Assembly (NCBI GenBank): GCA_951406725.2
Contig: OX597815.1
Coordinates: 48,360,001 to 48,424,000 of the forward strand
From: Octopus vulgaris
Taxonomy: Eukaryota
Direction: 5' to 3'
Length of the DNA stretch: 64,000 nucleotides
Below the pieces are notes generated by a model, which was given only the letters and a program-made list of their open reading frames with translations, did not search any database and was not told the origin of the DNA. This document shows, in pieces, positions 13,780 through 28,640 of the stretch (positions are counted from its first letter, which is position 1; every line of letters starts with the position of its first letter). Made by a program: the position numbers and the translations under genes.

Positions 13780-14016
13780 TCTTTTATCTTTTATCTTTAC
13801 TTGTTTCAGTCATTAGACTGCAGCCAAGCCTGGGCACTGCCTTGAAGAACTTAAGTTAAACACATCAATCCCTGTACTTATTATTTTTTTGGTAAAGCCT
13901 GGTATTTATTCTACTGGACTCTTTTTGCTGAATCACCGAGTTATGAGGATGTAAACACACCAACACCAGTTGTCAAGGAGTGGTGAGAGACACATACAAA
14001 AAGACACACACACACA

Positions 14017-14059
<43 letters not shown>

Positions 14060-14216
14060 ATATACAATGGTCTTTTTCTGTCAATGAAATCCACTCACTA
14101 GGCTCTGATCATCCCAAGATTATAGCAGAAGATACTTGCCCAAGATACAACACAGTGGGACTGAATCTGGAACCATGTAGTTGGGAACAATCTAGTTGGG
14201 TAGCCACACCTACACA

Positions 14217-14260
<44 letters not shown>

Positions 14261-14750
14261 TACACACACACACACTCACACATGCACATACATATATATA
14301 TTCTTTTATTTGTTTCAGTTATTTGACTGCTGCCATGCTGGAGCACCGCCTTTAGTTGAAAAAAGTGGTCCCAGTACTTATTTTTTGTAAGCGTGGTACT
14401 TATTTTATCAGTCTCGTTTGCCAACATCAGTTGTCGAGTGATTGTTGGGGCAAACACAGATGCACAAACATATACATGTATATATACATATATATCATCA
14501 TCATCGTTTAGCGTCCGCTTTCCATGCTAGCATGGGTTGTACATATACATATATATTTATATACACACACACACACACACATATATATATGACAGGCTTC
14601 TTTCAGTTTCGGTATACCAAATCCACTCACAAGGGTTTGGTTGGCCTGAGGCTATAGCAGAAGACACTTGCCCAAGGTGGCATGCAGTGGGACTGAACGC
14701 ATAACCATGTAGTTCTTAAGCAAGCTACTTACCACTCAGCCACTCCTGCA
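13780..14750 (-). mobile_element. Two tandem SINE family A copies (13780-14212, 14300-14750)
   Basis: Reverse-complement family A with expanded internal (CA)n; short RTE tail at ~14497-14538. Confidence 0.8.
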
Positions 14751-14785
14751 CACACACACACATATATATTTTATATATATATATA

Positions 14786-15233
14786 TAAAGTGATGGCGTA
14801 TTACCAACTTAATGTGGTAGTCCCAGGAAAGGGAAGAATGCTACTGCTATTTAGCCCCAAGAAACACTGTTTCTAGTTGGCTATGCAACACAAGCATTCT
14901 GTGTCCTTAGGTTTTCAAACAAGGGAGATAAGCACCTCCACCCAACAATGCCAGCATTCGGAGACTAGTTTCAGGGTAATTGCCCTTCATCAGTCTGGAG
15001 TAGCTTGGCCTTGCTAGCTGTCAGTACTAAATTGCTGTTGAAAACTTATAGAATTTCAAGTGAAATAAATTCACTGACTAGAAATATTGCATTTCTAAAT
15101 CTCTCAGAGTTATGCAGTAGCAGCATAATAAAGTGATGGCTTGTTGCCAACTTAATGTGGCAGTCCCAGGAAAGGGAAGAATGCTACTGCTATTTAGCTC
15201 CAAGAAAAACTGTTTCTAGTTGACTGTGTGACA
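14786..15233 (-). mobile_element. Retrozyme/Penelope pLTR-like unit: 343-bp monomer plus ~105-bp direct repeat
   Basis: TAAAGTGATGGC..GTCCCAGGAAAGGGAAGAATGCTACTGC at 14786 and 15129; contains a hammerhead. Confidence 0.7.
14959..14997 (-). ncRNA. Minimal type I hammerhead ribozyme
   Basis: caga CTGATGA aggg-caatta-ccct GAAA CTAG TC tccg: canonical core, palindromic CTAG, one stem I mismatch consistent with CpG decay. Confidence 0.75.
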
Positions 15234-15250
15234 TTATAGCAGACTGAAAG

Positions 15251-15331
<81 letters not shown>

Positions 15332-15339
15332 ATATTTAT

Positions 15340-15559
15340 TTGTGTGCTTGTATCTGTGTTTGTCCCCAACACCATCGCTTGACAACTGATATTGGTGTGT
15401 TTACGTCCCTGTAACTTAGTGGTTTGACAAAAGAGGCCAATAGAATAAGTACTAGGCTTACTAAGAATAAGTTCTGGGTTCAATTTGTTTGACTAAATCC
15501 CTTCAAGGTGGTACTTTGGCATGGCCACAATCAAATGACTGAAACAAGTAAAAGAATAC

Positions 15560-15560
<1 letters not shown>
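15340..15560 (+). mobile_element. SINE family A 3' half
   Basis: CGCTTGACAAC..GTAACTTAG..ATGACTGAAACAAGTAAAAG. Confidence 0.75.
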
Positions 15561-17115
<1,555 letters not shown>

Positions 17116-17394
17116 AGTGCTGTCTTGTTTGTTTTGTAACTGTAGATATATAATGGCATCAAGAAGGCATGGTGTAGAAAATTCTTCATTTGAATTTGAC
17201 CCATTTCAATGTCAGTTCCTGATGTTTCGGCGTCAATAATGGGCAGATAACATTTTACTTTGATGGCAACTATTTTTCTTCGTAATTTTGCATTGTCACT
17301 CTACGGTTCTGTTCTACATGTTATTTAATACCCTGCATTACGATTGCAGTCAAATCAGGTAAATATATATTGCAGGAACCGAGCCACCAAAGAG

Positions 17395-18094
17395 CATCAC
17401 CACTACTACCACTACCACCAGCATCAGCATCAGTTCCACAATCATCATCATGACAGATGTGACCACCAAGAGTACCACCACCACTTCTAACAACACCACT
17501 ACCATAACCTGAAGCAACATTACTCCTACTTATTCCCCTATCTTCCTTCTCCTCATCAGCATTATCAATATCCTCATTGCCACCATCACAATCACCCTTA
17601 CCATCATCAGCATTATCATAATCAACATTATTGCCACCATCATCCCATTGTCATCATCGTTGCCACCACCAACACCATCTGCATCATCATCATATCTTCA
17701 TCATCATCTCCCACCACCACGTCATCACCATGACGACGAGCACCACCATCATTTTCAACACCACTTCCATCTTTATCCTCACCTCCCATCAACATCACCC
17801 CTACCCAGTATCATCAGTGCCATGACCACAACCAGCACCATGACGACCACTACCACCATGATGATGATCATCATCATCATTATCATCATCATCAACCAAT
17901 CACATCCACCGCCATCATCATCACCAACATCACCACTACTACTATCATCGTCTTGGTTATTGTCTCTTGTCATTACCATTAGCATTGTTGTTCTTGTTGT
18001 CCACCTCCTCCTTCTCCTCATCATCATTATTGGTTTCCATGTTTTTTGTTGTAGTCATAATCATCAACACATTGACAACATCATCATGCTTAGT

Positions 18095-18125
<31 letters not shown>

Positions 18126-18455
18126 ACAGCATTAACATCATCATCAGCATCATCATTATCACCATCATCAGCATTACTATTTTCATTGCTGTCCTCCTTA
18201 TCATTGTCATTAAAGATATCGTCTTCATTATCATCAGCAATAGCAGCACCATCGTAATCATCATCATCACCATCATGTACATGATTATGATGATGCTTTT
18301 CAACATGACCAACCATCATCATCATCATCGTTGTTGTCAATGTAATCATTGTCATCATCATCATTGTCATCATTATTGTTATCATTATCATCATTGTTGT
18401 CGTCATAGTTATTGTTGTTGTCCTCTTCCTCTACATCATCATCATCATTACCACC
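17395..18455. repeat. Degenerate (CAT/CAC/TCA)n trinucleotide low-complexity block
   Basis: Direct reading; produces spurious poly-H/I/M/D ORFs. Confidence 0.9.
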
Positions 18456-18623
18456 ATATATATACATTTAAAAGTTTTTATTTATTGAGCAGAAGTTACT
18501 GAGTAACTTGAGCTGGCATGAAAGCCTTGAATCACTTTGTAACTTCTGTTGATTAAATAAATACAATTTACATTATGAGTCCTAATTTTCTTGTTTGTAT
18601 TACTAAACCTGTACACACACACA

Positions 18624-19005
18624 CATCATCATCATCATCATCATCATCATCATTTGAAATCCATTTTCCATGCTGGCATGTGTTGGACAGTTCCACAGGA
18701 ACTGCCAAGTCAGAAGACTGTGTCAATTTCTGCTGACTGTTTAACCAGGGCTTGTTTCTACAGCTGGATGGACCTTCCTAATGCCAACCACTTTACAGAA
18801 TGTACAGGATACTTTTTCTGTGACACCAGCATCGATATCAATTCTACTGTGGTGGTCAGGTCTTCTTGAGTACAGCAAGGCACCTTATATCTCAGTCCTT
18901 TCTCATCTCCTTCATAAGGCTCAGTGTCTTGAGATCAGCCTTTAGTACTTTGTCCCATGTCTTCCTGGATCCTGCTCCTCCACAAACTCCATCCACTTCA
19001 AGCGA
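18624..19005 (-). mobile_element. RTE LINE 3' fragment
   Basis: (CAT)n tail, TTCCATGCTGGCATG, CCTTCCTAATGCCAACCACTTTACAG. Confidence 0.75.
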
Positions 19006-19633
19006 TATAACTGGTAACAGTTTTATCAATGCTTGGATGAATCAATGTAAAAGCTTGTAGGCGGTTGGTTGACTTTCAACAAAACACAGTCCAATCTCAA
19101 TCAAATTATACTCGATTGTCATAAAAAATGAAGGGTACATTGGATTGTGTAGTCCTAGATATGTAATGCCTGAGAGAAAAATAATATGTTTATGACTGAA
19201 TTCTTTGATCATAGCTCTTTTTATGAAGACTAATTGTGGACTAAAGAATAACAATAAGATACTACAAAGGGTTAAAGGAAAAAGAACTAAGCAACCAGCT
19301 GAAGTGGGGAATAGTGAATATAACAAGAAGAGACTACATTAAAGGTTCTCGAGAGATATCGATCATTTAGAGAACCCCAAAGTATTCTATCATCCCTGTG
19401 AAGTCATTAACCATATACAATAAATGCTCCCTGTCATGATTTACTGCTCCCATATGTATTGCTAAAATGTTGCAACTGCCTTGGTCAGGAATATATTGAA
19501 ACACTCACAAGACAAATTCACAGACCGTTCTGTTTCAGGTGAAGAAAAAATAAAAGAAAGAACAGTCTTAAATAAAGCCACGTTTATTATCTTTTGCTTT
19601 ATATGTGTATGTGTGTGTGCGTGTGTGTGTATC

Positions 19634-19761
<128 letters not shown>

Positions 19762-19848
19762 GTAAAAAATGATGATGAAGGTGACATGTATATGGATGGA
19801 TGTATTTATGTGTGCACATGTGTTTTAAATATATATATGAAGACATAT

Positions 19849-19889
<41 letters not shown>

Positions 19890-19941
19890 TATATATACAT
19901 AAATATAAATATATATACATATATATTATCTATATATACAT

Positions 19942-19982
<41 letters not shown>

Positions 19983-20234
19983 TCTTCGTTATCATTATTT
20001 AACATCTATTTTTCCATGCTTGCATGAGTCAGACAGAATTTACTGGGACAGATCTTCTATAACTGAGGCCACACCTTTCTCCAACCCTCACCTGTTTCCA
20101 AACCAGGTAATACTGCTCTTGGCCAGAAGACTGGAAGTGAACAACTTTGTATGATGGTGATGCTCATTTACAACTGTTACATGATATCAGGAAAAAGGTA
20201 CATGCACACACACACTGCACATATCTTTTATTCA

Positions 20235-20910
20235 GCATTTTTTACTTCTTTCAATCATTAGACTGTGGTTATGCTAGGGTACCGCCTTGAAAAATTTTAG
20301 TCAAATGAATTAACCCTGGTACTTATAAATTCTTTTGTAAATGCTGATACTTATTCTATTGGTCACTTTTGCTGAATCACTAAGTTACAGAGACATACAC
20401 ACGGCAACACCAATTGTCGAGTGTGATGGTGAGGAACAAACAGATACACACATACACACACATACATATGATGGACTTCTTTCAGTTTCCATCTATCAAA
20501 TCCACTCACAAGGCTTTAATCAGCCCATAGCAATAATAGAAAATACATGTCCAAGATGACATGCAGTGGGACTGAACCTAGAACCATGTTGTTGGGAAGC
20601 AAACTTCATACCACACAGCCATGACAGAAAGCCTTAAGCCATGCTTGTGCCTATATATATATATATATATGTATTGGTTTTAGAGTCAAGTTTTGGCTGC
20701 TATATCTAGCATGGTGATATCTTTTAGATACCCTTAATTATAATTTTATATATATATATACAGTGGGTTTCTTTCAGTTTCTGTTTACCAGATTTACTCA
20801 GAAGGCTTTGGTCAGCCCAGGATTGACACTTACCCAAAGTACTTTACAGTGGGACTGAACCGAGAGCCATGTAGTTGAAAGCAAACATCTTACCACACAA
20901 TGACCCTGCC
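20235..20910 (-). mobile_element. SINE family A copies, decayed
   Basis: Reverse-complement family A motifs. Confidence 0.7.
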
Positions 20911-21195
20911 TCCACAAACAAACAGATACACAGACAGATAGTTAGACATACACACATACATATGTATTTACACACACGCACTCACACACACACACATTTA
21001 TATATGTATGTTTATCGAGATAATAGCGAGGAATTATCAATCTGGGCAAAATACTTCATAAGCTCTCTGTTGGCACACCAGGCAAACAATATTGTATAGA
21101 TTAGTTAAGAATTCCAGGTATCCTTACGACAGGGTCTAAGGTTATGATTCATCACAACTGTATGTTTATATATTAATATTATTATTATTATCATT

Positions 21196-21738
21196 ATTGA
21201 GTGAGAGAGCAGTTCATGCCATAAAGTGACACTGGGGTAAAATATACGAAGCCCAATATACCCATCATGACTACCCGTCTGATAAAGGTACACCAGGCAC
21301 ATGCATCACAACCATATGTGCGCGACATGGTGATCTCATATCAAGATAAACAGCACATGACCTTGCAGGTGGGGCCCAGTTAGAATTTTCTTCAGGTTGA
21401 GTAGCCCATCCTGCTCAAACGGTCCCTGAATAAGGGTTGCTTTAGGATGTTGAACGAAACACCTATGTTTCCAGAGGTGAACCATTCAAACTCCAAAGAA
21501 TCCCTCTCAACACATGGCCATGATGCTCCCCCACTACTTCTGCTCGTGATCAGAGATGCACATATCGTCAGCCACTAAGGGACATGCTCAACTGGTTAAG
21601 GTCAAACAACTGACAAGCAAATCTGTGGTATTGAGCAGAATATTTGCTGTAGCCCAAAACAATGTACATGATAACACTTCCAATCAGTTAAGATCAGAAG
21701 CCATGAGAGCCACTGCCTGGTACTGCATCAGGGCATTT
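21196..21738 (-). mobile_element. ~540-bp non-coding retroposon inserted in (TAA)n; second copy at 43675-44219
   Basis: Reverse complement of 43675-44219 along its length; both ends abut (TTA)n. Confidence 0.85.
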
Positions 21739-21742
21739 ATTA

Positions 21743-21795
<53 letters not shown>

Positions 21796-21796
<1 letters not shown>

Positions 21797-22043
21797 GTTT
21801 GACTTTTGCTTTATATTTGTACAAGTTGGCTCCAAGTCTCACCCAGAGACCTCAAGAGACAACAGGCTGGAAGTTCATGTTGTTGTTATGCCTAGTGTGC
21901 CATATATTTGAGTTTTTATTTTGGTGTTGTACTAGTGAATGTCTAAAAAAAAAAAAGCCAAAATTATATTTGTTTTAAACCTTGAGATTACATAGAAAGT
22001 ATTTTGCGTAGGATATGAGCAGTTCCCATGAGCACTATCTTTT
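21796..22043 (-). mobile_element. 3' end of an R4/Dong-like REL non-LTR retrotransposon
   Basis: Minus strand reads KIVLMGTAHILRKILSM-stop, then 3' UTR; flanked on both sides by (TAA)n. Confidence 0.7.
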
Positions 22044-22349
22044 ATTATTATTATTATAATTATTATTATTATTATTATTAAGATCACAGATCAGCAGACT
22101 TATATGAGTGTCTGTAAAAATGGCTTGTAAATGTGTTCCAGGTCTTAGCATTCCAAGTTCAAATTTTACATAGGTTATCTTTACCTGTCATCCCTTCAAA
22201 TTTAAAAAAGCATAAGGGCCAATGGTATCAACTAACTCTCTTCCAACAAAATCACTAACCTTGTGCTTGTATGAGAGAAATCATCATTGATATTATTATT
22301 ATGGGTGGTGTTCGTGGTAGTGGTGGTGGTGTTAATATTGTTAGGGTAA

Positions 22350-23240
22350 AGGCAGCAAGCTGGCAGAAACGTTAGCATGCCGTGTGAAATGCTTAGCGGT
22401 ATTTCATCTGTCTTTACATTCTGAGTTCAAATTCCACCAAGGTTAACTTTGCCTTTCATCCTTTCAGGGTTGATAAATTAAGTAGCAGTTGCGTACTGGG
22501 GTTGATCTGATCAACTGGCCCCCTCTCTCAAAATTTCGGGCCTTGTACCTAGAATAGAAAATAATGAAGGAAGTGAGCTGGCAGAATTGTTAGCACATCA
22601 CGCAAAATGCTTAGCAACATTTCACCCATCTTTATGTTTTTTTGTTCAAATTACACTGAGGTCGACTATGCTTTTCATCCTTTTGGGGTTGATAAAATAA
22701 GTACCAGTTGACCACTATGGTTGATGTAATTGACTTAACCCCTTCCCTGAAATTGCTGGCCTTGTGCCAAAATTTGAAAACAACATCATTAGTACTGGTT
22801 GGTGGTTGTGGTGATTGTGGTGGTATTAATATTATTAAGCTAATTAAGATGGCAAGCTAACAGAATCATTTGCACACTGGGTAAAATGCTTAGCAGTATT
22901 TTGTTTGTCCGTGTGTTCTGAGTTCAAATTCTACTAAGGTTGACTTTGCCTTTCATCCTTTCAAGGTCGATAAAATAAATACCAGCTGAGCATTGGAGTA
23001 GTATAAGTGATCTATCCATTTCCCCTAGACCCAACATTTGAAACTGATAATATTAAGGTAATGGATTTGCAGAATGGTTTGAACCTTAAGCAAAATGCTT
23101 TTCCTGCATTTGTTCAGACACTTTACATTCTAAGATGAAACCCTGTCAAAGTCATCCATGTCAGTCATCCTTCTGGGGTTAATAAATTGAAATCTGAATC
23201 TAGCACTGGGGAATGGTACGATTGGTTATACTCCTTCTAG
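22350..23240 (+). mobile_element. Cluster of four co-oriented SINE family B copies
   Basis: Heads at ~22350, 22570, 22850 and 23058. Confidence 0.8.
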
Positions 23241-24929
23241 ATTTTTGTCTGAAGAAGAAAAAATTATTAAGACAAAGACAATATAGCTGCTGCTTTTGTT
23301 TATAATGATGAGGATGATGTTTAATCTACAAGAAAATGAAACAAAAAGAACAAATATGGATATGGTGTAGAGAGAAGATGGAAGGGAAAAGGTAAGAAGG
23401 AGGAGAAGATGGGTAAAAAAGGAACTGAGAAAAGTAATGAAAATCAAAGAAGAGGAAGAAGAAATGTGAATCATTTTGATACACTTTTTATATCCTTATT
23501 CTTTTCTGGCCCCCTTAACTGTTGTCCATAGCAAACTTGTTTCAACAACAAAACTTCTTTCTTGATGTGAAATATCTGTACAGGAAAAATAGTCAAGGGT
23601 TTGAAACCTCAAACCTGCGTTCAGTAATCAGATAAGTTTTCCCTTAAGTAAAAATATTCTCCCACTACCTATTTAGTATATGTTTGCCGGCTCTAACTTC
23701 TTCGACACAATAGACATTGTTTCCATTTGAATAACAAACAATACCAGGTTGCCTAACTTTCTAACGACTGGACAGAGCTGTTATACTGCTGCAACAAAAA
23801 TTCTTTCGTCCAAGTCATTGTCTGTCATCGTAATTCATTCCATTAATGCAGAAACACTGTGACCAAGCTTCACAGAGAAGTCAACTGATTATCAAGTTAC
23901 ATGTTTCTATCATCAAGTGGTCAGCCTGATTCCTCTTGGCTACAGAATTTTCATTTGTCTCAAAATCTAATTATCAATTCCAGAGTCATCTCTCCAGTAC
24001 CAAGATCACTCATAGCCAGAAAGGTAGTTTGACACAATGGAGATATTGCTAAACAGTGTGGCAAAAACGATTCTCTTCTCTATTTTTCCTGCAGGTATGA
24101 AGCTGCTTGAATCAATGCTTTCATTTTCGGTATTGTTCCTCTTTTGGCTACAGTTCCGAGTCAAAGACCACAGCGAGCTTCATTGAGTGGATGTACCTAT
24201 CTGTGCAGTTCTCTCAGTGAAAAGCTTCAGTGACAGTGTTTCTTTTCAGAATTTTTCTATTCTGTGTTTCAATGAATATTGTTTTCAGTTTTCATTTGGG
24301 CGTCAGTAAATTGATTAGCTGGTTGGCCTGTCAACTGATTAAGGAAGTTTGGTGTTCAATAGTTTCTTTATTGATCAGTTGATGGAAAAGATTGATCACC
24401 ATTGTGAGAGCTAGTTTACTTACTGATTGATGGTTTAAATGTGAGTTTGACAATTGATTAAAAGTTAGATAATTTAGCTAGGGGATTTTTGTCTTTATAA
24501 TAAATTACATTAATGAAACAGAAGTGATATGTGGAACTTAAATGAATCATAAAGTTGAAGTATTCTCCCACTCCAGAGAATTAAAGATCTAAAGATAAAA
24601 GAATACTTTGGTAGGAGAATTCTGGATTGGATTTAATAATTAAAAAGCTGTCTGATAGCTGAATGTTCTGAGATCAAATCCATCCTGTAAATGGAATAGT
24701 ATTGTTCATAATGCTGTTATTGTTATTGCTGTTTTTTAGCCCTGGGTCATTCCTGAATAAACAGACCTATGATCAAAAGAATGCCAATCATAACAATTAA
24801 AATTTTTTTTTCCCAGATCACATTACCTAATATGTCCATCTATTTTTATGACTGCAAGATATGATTTGAGGGAGATTTGGCTACTTTTTCTAGTAGGTTG
24901 AGTAATATAATACAAGGTCCCTCAATGTT

Positions 24930-25150
24930 TCATACTAATTTCGAATTTTGGCACAAGGCCAGCAATTTAGGGAGAAGGGGTAAGTCGATTACATCAACCC
25001 TAATGCACAACTGGTACTTTATTGAGCCCAAAAGAATAAAAGGCAAAGTTCACTTCAATGGAATTTGAACTCAGAACATAAAGACAAATAAAATGCTTCT
25101 AGGCACTTTACTCAGTGTGCTAACAAATCTGTCTATATTATCACCAATCT
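24930..25150 (-). mobile_element. SINE family B
   Basis: GAATTTGAACTCAGAAC; TTTTGGCACAAGGCCAGCAATTT. Confidence 0.7.
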
Positions 25151-25338
25151 TACCACTTAATCTAATATCAGAAGCTAACCAACAGAAAATCTAATCTCCA
25201 AAGTATCAAAATATAATGTAATACATATTTAAAAAACTTTGCAGTAGACATAGAACCATGTCTGTCTGTCTAATTCACCTGTATCACCACAGTATTACAT
25301 CCTGTAGCAAATGTAGTCTTAATGGGTCTTAATCCAGC

Positions 25339-25747
25339 CAGGGCTGGATTAAGACCTATAGAAGTCCTATGCACTTAAAAGATTTTGGTGCTCCAATATA
25401 TATATTATTCAAACAATAAACAATAATAAACTATAAAATAAATTTTCAATTTTTCAAAATGAAACAAAACTGACAATAAGATGGATAACAATATATCTAG
25501 AAAGTTTTCTCCAACATTTTTTTTTAATTATTAAATCTTTACTCTTGACTCTTTTACTTGTTTTAGTCATTTGACTGCAGCCATGCTGGAGTACCACCTT
25601 TAGTCGAGCAAATCGACCCCAGGACTTATTCTTTGTAAGCCTAGTACTTATTCTATTGGTCTCTTTTGCCGAACTGCTAAGTTACAGAGATGTAAACTCA
25701 CCTGCATCGGTTGTCAAGCGATGTTGTTGGGGACAAACACAGACACA

Positions 25748-25783
<36 letters not shown>

Positions 25784-26156
25784 TATATATATGACAGGCT
25801 TCTTTCAGTTTCCGTCTACTAAATCCACTCACAAGGCTTTGGTCGACCCAAGGCTATAGTAGAAGACACTTGCCCAAAGTGCCACGCAGTGGTACTGAAC
25901 CCGTAACCATGTGGTTGGTAAGCAAGCTACTTACCACATACAGCCACCCCTTTGATCAGATTCTCAAAATTAATCTTAAATAACACATCTAATAATTATA
26001 TTTCCGAGCATATAAAGCATTTCGAATATTATTTTAGCAAGTTTGGAGTGATTTCTTTAGTGCTGTAAACCATTTACCATTTCTGTGGTGCCCCCTGCCA
26101 CTTTCTTTGATGCCTTAAGCACATGCTTATTTTACTTAATGATTATTCCAGCACTA
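25339..26156. mobile_element. hAT-like MITE containing a nested SINE
   Basis: Ends CAGGGCTGGATTAA / TTATTCCAGCACTA; subterminal CCTA.GCAC and GGTGC.CC motifs at both ends. Confidence 0.55.
25536..25950 (-). mobile_element. SINE family A, near full length
   Basis: Close match to 54634-55062. Confidence 0.9.
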
Positions 26157-26575
26157 CAATACACCATTGATACTTATTTTATTGACTTAAGAAAAATAAC
26201 AGGTACAATATTAGCATAGATTGGAAGTTTGCATGTTTGTGTGTATGTGCACGTGTGTGTGTGTGTGTGTGCTGGTTTCCTATCACCTGTTGACAACCAG
26301 TGCTGGTTTGTTTACGTCCCTGTAACTTAGCAGTTCTGCAAAATATGTACCAGACTTAAGAATATAATATGTATTGGGGCCAACTAAAATCATTTCAAGC
26401 AGTGCCCCAGCATGGCCACAGTCTAATGACTGAAAGAAGAAAAAGATGAATCATAAAAGATTTATGATGTGTGCATGATACCAGCATCAATGTATGTCTA
26501 TGCTAATTTGTATGTATGTGTTATGCAGTATTTGGGCATAAGTGCAGTTTAATGTGTGTGTGTGTGTGTACACAA

Positions 26576-26787
26576 GGTGGCAAGCTGGCAGAATTGTTAG
26601 CACACTGGGTGAAATGCTTAGCAACATTTCACCTGTCTTTATGTTCTGAGTTCAAATTCCGCTTTGTTCTAAATTTGCTTTTTATCCTTTGAGGATCGAT
26701 AAAATAAGTACCAGCTGAGCACTGTGGTTGACCTAATTGACATTCCCTTCCCCTGAAAATGCTGGCCTTGTGCCTAAACTTGAAAGC
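26576..26787 (+). mobile_element. SINE family B
   Basis: GGTGGCAAGCTGGCAGAATTGTTAGCA..GAGTTCAAATTCC. Confidence 0.8.
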
Positions 26788-27164
26788 AATTTAATGTGTG
26801 TGTAAGCACATGCTTGTATGCAATACAGGCAACAAAATGTCAGCATGAATGAATATACAATAGATGGTTGATTTTAATGTGTACATATGTATGTGAATGT
26901 GTGAAAGTAAGTTTATGTCTGGCTCAAGTTAGCAATGTGAGTATCTATTGAAATTTGTTTGTTTAAATGTGTATGTGTGTGAGTATTAGTTGTATATGTG
27001 AATCTGTGCAGTTATTGATTAATAAGGCTGTAAGTGTATTTACATGCATAGAGAATCTGCTAGTATATTATTAATATGTTTATACATGTGTAATACAGTG
27101 TGTATGAGTTGGCCTGTCTATATATATGTGCTCACAGACACACAATGCACTCATGATGATATAC

Positions 27165-27314
27165 GTGTGTGTGTGTGTGTGTATGTGTGTGTGTGTATGT
27201 GCTTCTATGCATGTGCCAGTAAATGTTTGTCTGTATATATATATATATATATTGTGTGTGTTCTATATATGTTTGTATATATGTATGTGTGTATATATAT
27301 ATACATATGTATGC

Positions 27315-27349
<35 letters not shown>

Positions 27350-27480
27350 TATATATGTGTGTGTATGTATGTGTCTGTGTTTATATATATATATGTATGT
27401 GTGTATATATATGTGCATGTATGTATGAGTATATATATATATATGTATGTGTGTGTACATATATGTGCATGTATGTACGA

Positions 27481-27563
<83 letters not shown>

Positions 27564-27640
27564 CATATACATATATATGTATGAGTATATATATACATAT
27601 ATATGTATGAGTATATATATTTATACATATATATATGTGA

Positions 27641-27728
<88 letters not shown>

Positions 27729-28364
27729 GGAGAGATAGATAGAGAGAGAGAGAGTGAGAGAGAGATATGTAACTATGTATGCATATTCAACAATGTCATA
27801 TATGAATTTATGCATATATTCTTTGTTGGAAATTTTAAGAAAAAAATCTTTGTTGTGTTTTTTTTGTAATTTTTTTTAGAAACTACTTTACACCATTTCT
27901 TTCATTATTATTTTTTTATATGCAAAAAAGAAAAAAAAAACGGGAAAAAACATTCTCATAAAATCAGAAAATCTGAAACCAAAGAAATGATTTATATAAG
28001 AGTTTACTTGCATATTGGTAATTATTTTCTATCGTAAAGGAACTTGGCATTGGCTCTGGTGTCTTTTATGTTCTGTCTTTATGTCTTTTTATGAAACCAC
28101 AACAACAGCAACAACGGCAAAATGAACAAAAGAAAGAGGACAAGAAATATGAAAGGAACACAAACACATACATACACAAACACATGCACACACATACATG
28201 CATACATATATACATACTCACATGCATACACATACATACACACATGTTCACACACACACACACATGCACATCTATAAATATGCACACATAACTGTCCAAT
28301 GAAAGAAAACATTTTGAATTTCAGCAAATGTATTTTGTGAATGAAAATAAAATACATATGTATG

Positions 28365-28398
<34 letters not shown>

Positions 28399-28523
28399 TG
28401 TATGTATGTATGTATGTATGTATGTATGTATGTATGTGTGTTTTGATGTATGTACACATGAGTATATATGCATGTGTGTATGTATGTAGAAATTTATTGA
28501 CGTGTATCAACAAATATATATAT

Positions 28524-28578
<55 letters not shown>

Positions 28579-28640
28579 AATATATCATTGTACTTGTGCA
28601 CATAAATACATATATACATGCAGACATGAACTTGTGTGTG
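27165..28640. repeat. (TA)/(TG)/(TAGA)/(TATG) microsatellite field
   Basis: Direct reading. Confidence 0.9.

Noticed and set aside
17648-18502. 284-aa His/Ile/Thr-rich ORF
   Set aside because: Degenerate (CAT)n array open in several frames on both strands; no domain or splice support
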